Source of the DNA: Macrostomum lignano
Lineage: Eukaryota
Length of the DNA: 35,514 bases
NCBI GenBank assembly: GCA_002269645.1
Contig: NIVC01004766.1
Span: 1 to 35,514, forward strand
Direction: 5' to 3'
Part shown: positions 1-10,667 of the stretch, in pieces
How positions within the stretch are numbered: position 1 is the first letter of the stretch
Layout of the letters: each line of letters begins with the position of its first letter
Notes under the pieces: generated by a model
Told to the model about the DNA's origin: nothing
Database searches by the model: none
What the model saw: only the letters and a program-made list of their open reading frames with translations
Translations under genes and position numbers: made by a program

Positions 1-126
1 ATCTTATTAAGTAAGAATTAACTAATCTAGAAAAATCGTTTTGGAATTTTTCATTGATGAATAATTTTCTGTATTTAAGCTACTATTAGTAGGAATTCGA
101 AATTCTTTGCTTCATTTTATTTCCAG

Positions 127-550
127 TCGGATTCCACGTTGCTTCGCCAGGCCGCTGAGCTGTCTGGCGGTTTCTATCTTCGCCTGCCCCGGCCCAGCGC
201 TCTGCTGCGCAGTGCCTGCTCAGCCTGTTCTTAGCCGAGCCGGCCGTCAGGCAGGCCTCCTTAACTTTGCCACCATCGTTGGGGCCGAGCGACTCTCGGC
301 GCGGCCTGTTTCTGGCCATAGAAAGCTGGTGTCAATCGCTCACGTCTGCTCCATCTGCCTGTCCGTGTACTGCAGTTACACTCCGCTTTGCACAACTTGC
401 CATGCCACTTTTCCCAAGCCTCAGCTGCCGGCTTACTTCAATGCTGGCCAGGGCGCCTGGCAAGGGCGGGGCGGCGGCGGCGCGGCGGCGGCGGCGGCAA
501 GTCAAAGCGAACAGCAAGCCTTGATTGGAATTTTGTTTTGTTGCGGCTGA
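127..550 (+). pseudogene. GTF2H3: Terminal exon of TFIIH subunit p34 (GTF2H3/Tfb4), frameshifted three times (pseudogene or assembly indel errors); upstream exons lie outside the window
   Basis: Acceptor ttccag at 121-126. Stitched translation is [94 protein letters not shown]. This matches the recalled human p34 C-terminus [35 protein letters not shown]...[40 protein letters not shown] (C4 zinc finger). Requires removing extra bases at about 208-209, 300 and 315. Stop TGA at 548-550. Confidence 0.88.
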
Positions 551-595
551 ATGAATTTCTTGGAATTCTGACCTGTTTGGTACGAACGTACATGG

Positions 596-1066
596 ATTGA
601 TGGGTTAGTTTACTAGTTGATTGGGTGGTTGATTGATTTATTGGCTGATTGATTGATTGGCTGGTTGATTGATTGATTGATAAATTGGCTGGTTGATTGA
701 TTGATTGATTAATTGCGGTTGATTGATTGATTGATTGATTGATTGGCTGGTTGATTGATTGATTGATTGATTGGCTGGTTGATTTATTGATTAATAGATT
801 GATTGATTGGCTGGTTGATTGATTGATTGATTGATTGGCTGGTTGGCTGATTGATTGGCTGGTTGATTGATTAGCTGGTTGATTGATTGATTGATTGATT
901 GATTGGCTGATTGATTGATTGGTTGATTGATTGGCTGGTTGATTGGCTGGTTGATTGATTGGCTGGTTGATTGGCTGGTTGATTGATTGGCTGGTTGATT
1001 GGCTGGTTGATTAATTGGCTGGTTGATTGATTGGCTGGTTGATTGATTGATTGATTAATTCGCTGG

Positions 1067-1098
<32 letters not shown>

Positions 1099-1474
1099 CT
1101 GGTTGGTTGATTGATTGATTGGCTGGTTGATTGATTGATTGATTAATAGATTGATTGATTTGTCTGGTTGATTGATTGATTGATTGATTGGCTGGTTGGC
1201 TGATTGATTGGCTGGTTGATTGATTGATTGGTTGATTGATTGGCTGGTTGATTGATTAATTGATTGGCTGATTGATTGATTGATTAATTGGTTGATTGGC
1301 TGGTTGATTGATTAATTGATTGGCTGATTGATTGATTGATTAATTGGTTGATTGGCTGGTTGATAAGTTGATCGATCGGTTGGTTGGTTGATTGATTAGT
1401 TGATTGGTTGGGTGGTTGATTGGGTGGTTGATTAGTTGATTGATTGATTGATTGACTGGCTGGTTGATTGATAG
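596..1474. repeat. Compound (GATT)n / GATTGGCTGGTT microsatellite
   Basis: Continuous gattgatt runs interspersed with ggctggtt variants. Confidence 0.95.
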
Positions 1475-1946
1475 ATTTTTTTTAATCATTTGGATGACTA
1501 AGCAGCTGATCAAGCTGTGTTGACGAATTGATTGATCAGACGGATTGCCTAATCGATGGGATAATCAGTTAATCTGAATCCCACAGATTATTGGCCATGC
1601 CGCCAATCTGGGGCATCAAAGCTGCTCATGCTAATACCGGTTCTGTTATCCATTTTCATTCGTTAGATCAAAGTAAATCAATGCCTCTGTGCTATATGTG
1701 ACCTAGTTGTGTGCAATGTGCTCGTGTGAGGTTGCACATCATGCCACCCTGTTGCATTCAAGTTCATGTACCGTAAATTCCTGATATTCCATTACTTACT
1801 AAGTAGTATGTTAAAAATTAAACCAGCGTTTTTTAATGCGCCTATGGTGGAATTCTTTGCGGCATTTTTTCTGTGCGTTATTACAATTTCTGCCTTTTTT
1901 TACTTATTAAAAAGTTACAATTAAGATTCTTTAATGATCATATCGT

Positions 1947-2966
1947 TTTCTTAGAATAAGCGCCCCAGTTTTTTTGGAATAATCGCCCCGGATTTCTTGG
2001 AATAATCGCCCCAGATTTCTTAGAATAAGCGCCCAGATTTTTTGAAAAAATTGCCCAAGATTTTTTGGAATAATTGCACCATATTTTAGAATAATGGCAA
2101 CCGTTTTCTTGGAATAATCACCATAGTTTTTTGGAATAATCGCCCCGGATTTCTTAGAATAATGCCCCAGATTTCTTGGAATAATCGCCCCAGATTCTTG
2201 GAATAGTCGCCCCCAGATTTCTTAAAATAATCGCCCCAGATTCTTGGAATAATCGCCCCATATTTCTTGGAATAATCGCCCCATCTTTCTTGAAATAATC
2301 GCCCCATCTTTCTTGAAATAATCGCCTGTTTTCTTGGAAAAATCACTCAAGATTTCTTGGAATAATTGCACCATATTTCTTAGAATAATAGCAACCGTTT
2401 TCTTGGAATAATCGCCCCCGTTTTTTAAGGATAATCGCCATATTTTTTTGGAAAAATCGCCTCCGTTGTTTGAGTAAGTCTTCAGCTTTCAAGATTAATC
2501 GCCCCCGATTTCTTAAAATAATCGCCCCAGATTTCTTGGAATAATTTCCCTAGTGGAATAATCGCCTAGATTTATTAAAATAATCGCCCCAGATTTCTTG
2601 GAATAATCGCCCATATTTATTGAATTATCGCCCCAGATTCTTGGAATAATCACCCAGAATTCTTGGAATAATCGCCCCAGATTCTTGGAATAATCACCCA
2701 GAATTCTTGGAATAATCACCCAGAATTCTTGGAATAATCGCCCCAGATTCTTGGAATAATCGCCCCATATTTCTTGGAATAATCGCCCCATATTTCTTGA
2801 AATAATTGTCTCATATTTCTTGGAAAAAATGCCCAAGATTTCTTGGAATAATTGCACCATATTTCTTAGAATAATAGCAACCGTTATCTTGGAATAATCA
2901 CCATAGTTTTTTGGAATAATCGCCCACGATTTCTTAGAAAATCATCATAGTTTTCTTGGAATAATT
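1947..2966. repeat. 20-21 bp minisatellite (consensus ~ttcttggaataatcgccccagat)
   Basis: About 50 degenerate tandem units. A variant block (ggaataattgcaccatattt...agaataat.gcaaccg) recurs near 2068, 2359 and 2846. Confidence 0.95.
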
Positions 2967-3001
2967 CCTCGGCAACCCCGCAGCACCAGCAGCAACCGAA
3001 C

Positions 3002-3310
3002 ATGCCACTGTGCGGAGGAACCGGAGAGGCTCGCCAGCCGTCACCCGAAGAGGTCGAACTCCTAGTTGCCATGCGACCCCATGTTGAGTCCCGCCTCGGC
3101 CGTTCGGTCGAACAATTTGAGCCTCGCCTAGTTGCCACCCAGGTGGTGGCCGGAACCAACTACTTTGCCAAGGTGCACATTGGCAGCGATTCGTTTGTCC
3201 ACATCCGCGTGTTCAAGCCGCTGCCGCACACCAACGAGCCGCCGGCTCTGCACGGCATTCAGGCCGAGAAGTCCGCTAGCGATGAGCTGGCATTCTTCAG
3301 CTCCGAGTGA
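3002..3310 (+). CDS. Type-1 cystatin (stefin; cystatin A/B-like cysteine protease inhibitor), single exon, 102 aa
   Basis: N-terminal CGG, the diagnostic QVVAGTNYF motif, second loop PLPH, C-terminal DELAFF, no signal peptide. AATAAA at 3375-3380. Confidence 0.95.
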   Translation: MPLCGGTGEARQPSPEEVELLVAMRPHVESRLGRSVEQFEPRLVATQVVAGTNYFAKVHIGSDSFVHIRVFKPLPHTNEPPALHGIQAEKSASDELAFFSSE

Positions 3311-3478
3311 GCGAGCACCTTAATTACCTGCTAATTGGTCTGGGGGGGGGGGCTGATTTCAATACAAACTAAACAATAAAATTGATCGGAGCCCAGTTTG
3401 ATTGCTGCAAAATCCCAATTATATTATTCCGTTTTTTACCACTGCTTGCTACTGACCAGCAGTGCGTAGTAGTGTGTT

Positions 3479-4128
3479 GAGGGGCGTCGCCACCGGGGGG
3501 GGGACAAGGAGGTTATGTCCTGCAAGTAAAAGCTATGGGGGGTGGGGGACATGCCAATGTTTTGTCCCCCACCCAACCTTCTAACCAGAAATCAATAATC
3601 AATAATTTTGCGTTAAATTGAGTGTCTGCGGCGCCACAATGAGTGTCTGCGGCGCCACAATGAGTGTCTGCGGCGCCACAATGAGTGTCAGTGGCGCTAA
3701 AATGAGTGCCTGCGGCGCCACAATGAGTGCCTGCGGCGCTAAATTGAGTGTCTGCGGCGCCACAATGAGTGCCTGCGGCGCCACAATGACAATGAGTGTC
3801 TGCGGCGCCACAATGAGTGTCTGCGGCGCCAAAATGAGTGTCTGCGGCGCCACAATGAGTGCCTCCGGCGCCAAAATGAGTGCCTGCGGCGCCACAATGA
3901 GTGCCTGCGGCGCCAAAATGAGTGCCTGCGGCGCCACAATGAGTGCCTGCGGCGCCAAAATGAGTGTCTGCGGCGCCACAATGAGTGCCTGCATCGCCAC
4001 AATGAGTGCCTGCGGCGTTAAAATCAGCGCTGACAACACCGATTCTGAAGAATGTACATTTACAATTGTACATCTAGAATTCTTGGCTTTGTCCCCCCCC
4101 CACCATAAAATCCATGGCGACGCCCCAG
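3479..4128. mobile_element. Non-autonomous DNA transposon (MITE) with 12-bp TIRs ggggcgtcgcca / tggcgacgcccc, enclosing a minisatellite
   Basis: Perfect 12-bp inverted repeats at 3481-3492 and 4115-4126, plus subterminal ggggggg-aca / tgt-ccccccc motifs at both ends. No clean TSD visible. Confidence 0.6.
3619..4020. repeat. 21-bp minisatellite (aatgagtgtctgcggcgccac), about 19 copies
   Basis: Direct tandem units. They explain the repetitive ORFs on both strands at 3513-4181. Confidence 0.95.
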
Positions 4129-4496
4129 TCTTGGTAAATTGTGTCGATTTTTTGTTTAATTTCTCATTAGCAATATCATGATTTTTTTCTATTTATTCTC
4201 GCGATTAATCGATCGATTTTTTTACTGTAAATCGGCACTCTAAACGGTAATAAAAGTATGCAACTTATTCAGTACCTCAACTATTATATGAGGCATCCTT
4301 ATAAATCAAATCCTTGTCTCGAGTTCTCTCAATGATAAATTGCCTATTTTTTTCATTTTCTCATCCTTCGCAATCGGGAGTTGGGTAATCGATCAATCAA
4401 TCAATCGATTGCACCCAAGTCGTTGGGATTAGTTTTCAAGATCTCTGCTAGCTTCGGGCACTGTGCCATTTTATGTAACTAAAGCTGTGGGATCTT

Positions 4497-4620
4497 ATAT
4501 TTTGTTTCTTTTTATCTGAGCATTGCCGTGGCAAAATTTAGCGCACACAAGTCCCGAATATTTGTGGGGCCGCGCAGGGAATCGAACCAAGAAACCCTTT
4601 GACTGCTGAGCTGCTCTGCC
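4497..4620 (-). mobile_element. Degenerate short tRNA-derived SINE fragment
   Basis: Minus strand has a degenerate A box (agctcagcagtc), a B box (ggttcgattccc) and an A-rich tail (aaaaagaaacaaaa). It does not fold as a full tRNA. Confidence 0.45.
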
Positions 4621-4674
4621 TTCCTCCAATTAAATTTTCTAAATGTCCATCACGTCGGTCGCAACTACGAGCGG

Positions 4675-5586
4675 ATCTATCAATCCATCTATCCATCTAT
4701 CTATCTATCCACCTGTCCATCTATCTATCCATCTATCCACCTGCCCATCTATCTATCCATCTATCCATCTATCTATCTATCCACCTGTCCATCTATCTAT
4801 CCATCTATCCACCTGTCCATCTATCTATCCATCAATCCACCTGTCCTTCTATCTATCCATCTGTCCATCTATCTATCTATCCATCTATCTATCTATCTAT
4901 CCATCTTTCCATCTATCTATCTATCCATCCATCTATCCATCTATCCATCTGTCCATCTATCTATCCATCTATCCACCTGTCCATCTATCCATCTGTCCAT
5001 CTATCCACCTGTCCATCTATCTATCCATCTATCCACCTGTCCATCTATCTATCCATCTATCCATCTGTCCATCTATCTATCTGTCCATCTATCTATCCAT
5101 CTATCCACCTGTCCATCTATCCATCTGTCCATCTATCCACCTGTCCATCTATCTATCCATCTATCCACCTGTCCATCTATCTATCGATCTATCCACCTGT
5201 CCATCTATCTATCCATCTATCCATCTGTCCATCTATCTATCCATCTATCCATCTGTCCATCTATCTATCCATCTGTCCATCTATCTATCCATCTATCCAT
5301 CTACCTATCTGTCCATCTATCTATCCATCTGTCCATCTATCTATCCATCTGTCCATCTATCTATCCATCTATCCACCTGTCCATCTATCCACCTGTCCAT
5401 CTACCCATCTGTCCATCTATCTATCCATCTGTCTATCTATCTATCCATCTGTCCATCTATCTATCCATCTATCCACCTGTCCATCTACCCATCTGTCCAT
5501 CTATCTATCCATCTGTCCATTTATCTATCCGTCTATCCATCTGTCCATCTATCTATCCATCTGTCCATCTATCTATCTATCTATCT
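4675..5586. repeat. Compound (CTAT/CCAT/CTGT)n tetranucleotide microsatellite (GATA/GACA family)
   Basis: Continuous tetranucleotide runs, the source of the SIHLSIY ORFs. Confidence 0.95.
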
Positions 5587-6007
5587 GCACAGCATGCTAG
5601 CTATTTTCAGATATGCAAGAACGGCTGCAGCTCATTCATCTCGTTCTTGTGATATAGGCAGTTCAGTTTTGTATTACAAAAGATTATTTATGCGATGCGA
5701 TTGACGGATTCGCTCCCGAACATCCGGGATTACTGAAAACCTGTCAAATTTTGCTTTAGCTCGTAAAACTCGCATCGATCTGAAAGGCCTTTCAGCGCCT
5801 CATGAAGCGTCAATGGCGCAGCACAGGCGCGAAGCAATCACACACTGCTGTATAGAATACTCTCTATACTCTACATGTATTTTGGCAGCCCCTGACAGTG
5901 TCCACAGAATTTGGGTTTGAAGCAAGCAATATAAACAGTGTAACAGTGCGTTAGCTATAGATCTACACGACGCCAAGCACTTGATCAGCAGGTGTAAATA
6001 AATATTT

Positions 6008-6577
6008 GCGTGTGTACACAGACAGAGAGCGCTGTGTGTACATAGACAGAGCAGGTGTGTGTACACAGACAGAACAGGTGTGTGTACACAGACAGAAGGT
6101 GTGTGTACACAGACAGAACAGTTGTGTGTACACAGACAGAACAGTTGTGTGTACACAGACAGAACAGGTGTGTGTACACAGACAGAACAGGTGTGTGTAC
6201 ACAGATAGAACAGGTGTGTGTACACAGACGGAACAGGTGTGTGTACACAGACAGAACAGGTGTGTGTACACAGACAGAACAGGTGTGTGTACACAGACAG
6301 AACAGGTGTGTGTACACAGACAGAACAGGTGTGTGTACACAGACGGAACAGGTGTGTGTACACAGACAGAACAGGTGTGTGTACACAGACAGAACAGGTG
6401 TGTGTACACAGACGGAACAGCTGCTGTGTGTACACAGATAGAACTGGTGTGTGTACACAGACAGAACAGGTGTGTATATACAGACGGAACAGGTGTATGT
6501 ACAGACAGAACAGCTGTGTGTACGCAGACAACAGGTGTGTGTACACAGACAGGACAGCTGTGTGTACACAGACAGAA
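6008..6577. repeat. 21-bp minisatellite (gtgtgtacacagacagaacag)
   Basis: About 27 tandem units, the source of the CVHRQNR/VCTQTEQ ORFs. Confidence 0.95.
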
Positions 6578-6981
6578 CCACCATCACCACAATTTGGAGT
6601 TGCATAGCGTCGCAGAGCTGCTGTCCAGCCCTGTTGCAGGCCAACTTGCACTTGCGCAGAGATATTCAGCAAAATTTCCGATTGTATTGCAACGAGCCTG
6701 CAGTAGCCAGCTGCGATATAAATATAGACAGGATTCCCGCTTCTATCATAAATTTCATGCTCCTAAATCAACAGCTGACAGTGGCAGTCTGCTTATCCAT
6801 ATTTGTCTATTTTGTATGTAATGATCATACGCGTGTACTTCTGTGAAATATTTCTTAGGATATTCTAGCTACAGTGTCCAAGTAATCAATGCAGTCTGAG
6901 TGCATGAGAATACGAAATGAGTTAAAAGAAGGATGGTTCTGGTAGACACCTAATGATCATGCTACAGTATATTCCAAATTG

Positions 6982-7792
6982 ATCTGGTAGACTCCACAGT
7001 CATCTGGTAGACTCCACAGTCATCTGGTAGATTCCACAGTTATCTGGTAGATTCCACACTTATCTGGTAGCTTCCACAGCCAGCTGGTAGATTCCACACT
7101 TATCTGGTAGCTTCCACAGCCATCTGGTAGATTCCACAACCATCTGGTAGATTTCAAAGCAATCTGGTAGATTCCACAGCCATCTGGTAGATTTCAAAGC
7201 AATCTGGTAGATTCCACAGCCATCTGGTAGATTCCACAGCCATCTGGTAGATTCCACAGTCATCTGGTAGATTCCACAACCATCTGGTAGATTTCAAAGC
7301 AATCTGGTAGATTCGACAGCCATCTGGTAGATTTCACAGCCAGCAGGTAGATTTCACAGCCATCTGGTAGATTCCACAGCCATCTGGTAAATTTCAAAGC
7401 AATCTGGTAGATTCCACAGTCATCTGGTAGATTCCACAGCCAGCAGGTAGATTCCACAACCATCTGGTAGATTTCACAGCCATTTGGTAGATTCCACAAC
7501 CATCTGGTAGATTTCAAAGCAATCTGGTAGATTCCACAGTTATCTGGTAGATTCCACAGCCAGTTGGTAGATTCCACAGTTATCTGGTAGATTCCACAAC
7601 CAGCTGGTAGATTCCACAGTTATCTGTAGATTCCTCAGTTATCTGGTAGACTCCACAATCATCTGGTAGATTCGAAAGTTATCTGGTAGATTCCAAACTC
7701 ATCTGGTAGATTCCAGTCATCTAGTAGATTCCACAGTCATCTAGTAGATTCCACAGTAGATTCATCTCGTCGACACCCCGGTGCTCTGGTAG
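6982..7792. repeat. 20-bp minisatellite (catctggtagattccacagc)
   Basis: About 39 tandem units with a recurring caatctggtagat...ttcaaag variant. Confidence 0.95.
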
Positions 7793-8465
7793 ATCGGTTT
7801 CCATTCAAAGGCATAAGTTTCCAAGAAGCAGAAAAATACCCGTCATTCCAACCCCAGAGCCATCTACGGTTTCCAAGTAGGCGAACTGCCCATCCAGCTT
7901 TAATTATCAACCAGCTTGAAAAGCTAAAGGTGCAAAAATGCAGTACAAGTATTTTTTCTATCAGCTTCGCTAAAAGCAGCACTGTAATTAAGGAATTAAT
8001 GGCGCAAGAAATGGACCCGTGTAGAAATCGCGGAAGGACAGCAACAGAAGTTGCGCAGGCAGAGCGTTTAGAAATCAAGCCATAAAAGTAAGCTGCAGGT
8101 CTGCATGCGTTCGTCGAACTGCCTGCCTGCTTCCCCCAGACAGCATGGCCGACTTTCCTGCAGACCGCAAGTTAACCGCGATCTCTTGGCTCTCTGTTAA
8201 TAAACGGAAAGTTCTGGACCACTGGCCAGGCCTATACATCTACATGATATGTATATACGTTAGGTACAGGAACAGACTACTGGTAGAAGCTGAAGAAATT
8301 TTCTAAAACGCAATAAATTCCTAATTTTACTCTCCTTAATTCCGTCCTCAAAATTTTTGGTCCGCTGGCACGAACGCACACAGGGCATCATTCGTAATTA
8401 GGTGTGACCAGGTTGTGGTGACAGCTCCTCTACAATCCACGTATATATTAACCTGCTCAAAGCTA

Positions 8466-10357
8466 CCTTCCGATCGAGACATTCCTTTGAACCTACAGAC
8501 CTTCTGATTGAGAAATCCTTTAAACCTACAGACCTTCTGATTGAGAAATCCTTTAAACCTACGGACCTTCTGATTGAGAAATCCTTTAAACCTACGGACC
8601 TTCTGATTGAGAAATCCTTTAAACCTACGGACCTTCTGATTGAGAAATCCTTTAAACCTACAGACCTTCTGATTGAGACATTCCTTTAAACCTACAGACC
8701 TTCTTTCTGATCGAGACATTCCTTTAAACCTACAGACCTTCTGATCGAGACATTCCTTTGAACCCACAGACCTTCTTTCTGATCGAGACATTCCTTTAAA
8801 CATACAGACCTTCTGATCGAGACATTCCTTTGAACCTACAGACCTTCTTTCTGATCGAGACATCCTTTAAACCTACAGAACTTCTGATCGAGACATTCCT
8901 TTGAACCTACAGACCTTCTTTCTGATCGAGACATTCCTTTAAACCTACAGAACTTCTGATCGAGACATTCCTTTGAACCTACAGACCTTCTTTCTGATCG
9001 AGACATCCTTTAAACCTACAGAACTTCTGATTGAGACATTCCTTTGAACCTACAGACCTTCTGATCGAGACATTCCTTTAAACCTACAGAACTTCTGATT
9101 GAGACATCCTTTAAACCTACGGACCTTCTGATTGAGACATTCCTTTGAACCTTGCAGACCTTCTGATCGAGACATTCCTTTAAACCTACAGAACTTCTGA
9201 TTGAGACATTCCTTTAAACCTACAGACCTTCTGATTGAGACATTCCTTTAAACCTACAGAACTTCTGATTGAGACATTCCTTTAAACCTACAGAACTTCT
9301 GATTGAGACATTCCTTTAAACCTACAGACTTCTGATTGAGACATTCCTTTAAACCTACAGAACTTCTGATTGAGACATCCTTTAAACCTACGGACCTTCT
9401 GATAGAGACATTCCTTTAAACCTACAGACCTTCTGATTGAGACATTCCTTTAAACCTACAGACCTTCTTTCTGATCGAGACATTCCTTTAAACCTACAGA
9501 CCTTCTGATCGAGACATTCCTTTGAACCTACAGACCTTCTTTCTGATCGAGACATTCCTTTAAACATACAGACCTTCTGATCGAGACATTCCTTTGAACC
9601 TACAGACATTCTTTCTGATCGAGACATTCCTTTGAACCTACAGACCTTCTTTCTGATCGAGACATCCTTTAAACCTACAGAACTTCTGATCGAGACATTC
9701 CTTTGAACCTACAGACCTTCTGATCGAGACATTCCTTTAAACCTACAGAACTTCTGATTGAGACATCCTTTAAACCTACGGACCTTCTGATAGAGACATT
9801 CCTTTAAACCTACAGACCTTCTGATTGAGACATTCCTTTAAACCTACAGAACTTCTGATCGAGACATTCCTTTGAACCTACAGACCTGATCGAGACATTC
9901 CTTTAAACCTACGACCTTCTGATTGAGACATTCCTTTAACCTTGCAGACCTTCTGATCGAGACATTCCTTTAAACCTACAGACTTCTGATTGAGACATTC
10001 CTTTAAACCTACAGACCTTCTGATTGAGACATTCCTTTAAACCTACAGACCTTCTGATTGAGACATTCCTTTAAACCTACAGAACTTCTGATTGAGACAT
10101 TCCTTTAAACCTACAGAACTTCTGATTGAGACATCCTTTAAACCTACGGACCTTCTGATAGAGACATTCCTTTAAACCTACAGACCTTCTGATTGAGACA
10201 TTCCTTTAAACCTACAGAACTTCTGATCGAGACATTCCTTTGAACCTACAGACCTGATCGAGACATTCCTTTAAACCTACAGACCTTCTGATCGAGACAT
10301 TCCTTTAAACCTACAGACCTTTCTGATCGAGACATTCCTTTGAACCTACAGAACTTC
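8466..10357. repeat. 34/39-bp minisatellite (gacattcctttaaacctacagaccttctgatcga), about 1.9 kb, with higher-order structure
   Basis: About 54 units, with 34-bp units alternating with 39-bp units that carry an extra tttct. Confidence 0.95.
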
Positions 10358-10378
10358 AGGGTATACTTCTATGCACAA

Positions 10379-10667
10379 GGGGGCTGTAGCCCAGTGGGTA
10401 AAACGTCAGACTCACGACTGAAAGGTCGGGGGTTCGATTCTGGGCTCAACTCGAAACAGTTTGTGTCCTTGAGCAAGACACTTAACTCTGCATTGCTTCA
10501 GCTTACCCAGCTGTAAAATGGGTGCCAGCATTAGCTGGGGTAATTGAGGGTGCCCAGTCCTTGGACTGAACAGCCGTACGCAGCCTTCAGATGCGCCGCG
10601 CAATAGCTGCGGCTGAGCTGTCGGTTGCACATCTGCCCATTAGGGCAGATGTATAATTAATTAATAA
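10379..10667 (+). mobile_element. tRNA-derived SINE with CORE(MIR)-like central domain and 3' stem-loop
   Basis: A box gtagcccagtgg and B box ggttcgattct. CORE-like tgtgtccttgagcaagacacttaactc...ctgtaaaatggg. Perfect 10-bp hairpin at 10629-10652, then an AT-rich tail. A second copy lies at about 30355-30665 on the minus strand. Confidence 0.85.

Noticed and set aside
1768-1790. taccgtaaattcc as a MITE left end carrying the 20-21 bp array
   Set aside because: No matching right-hand inverted terminus was found after the array.
3513-6846. Long repetitive ORFs (186-353 aa: CGAADTH, SIHLSIY, VCTQTEQ) as repeat proteins
   Set aside because: They are open in several frames and on both strands because the repeat units lack stops. 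There are no splice signals or unique domains.
1947-10357. Regularly spaced 20-39 bp repeats as CRISPR arrays
   Set aside because: Units are directly adjacent with no unique spacers, there are no cas genes, and the context is intron-containing eukaryotic DNA.
10379-10450. tRNA gene
   Set aside because: It has A/B boxes but no proper acceptor stem, and it continues into a CORE domain and tail, so it is a SINE head.
10550-10652. Hammerhead or HDV-like ribozyme in the SINE tail, as in schistosome SINEs
   Set aside because: No CUGAUGA/GAAA catalytic core or HDV signature was found on either strand.
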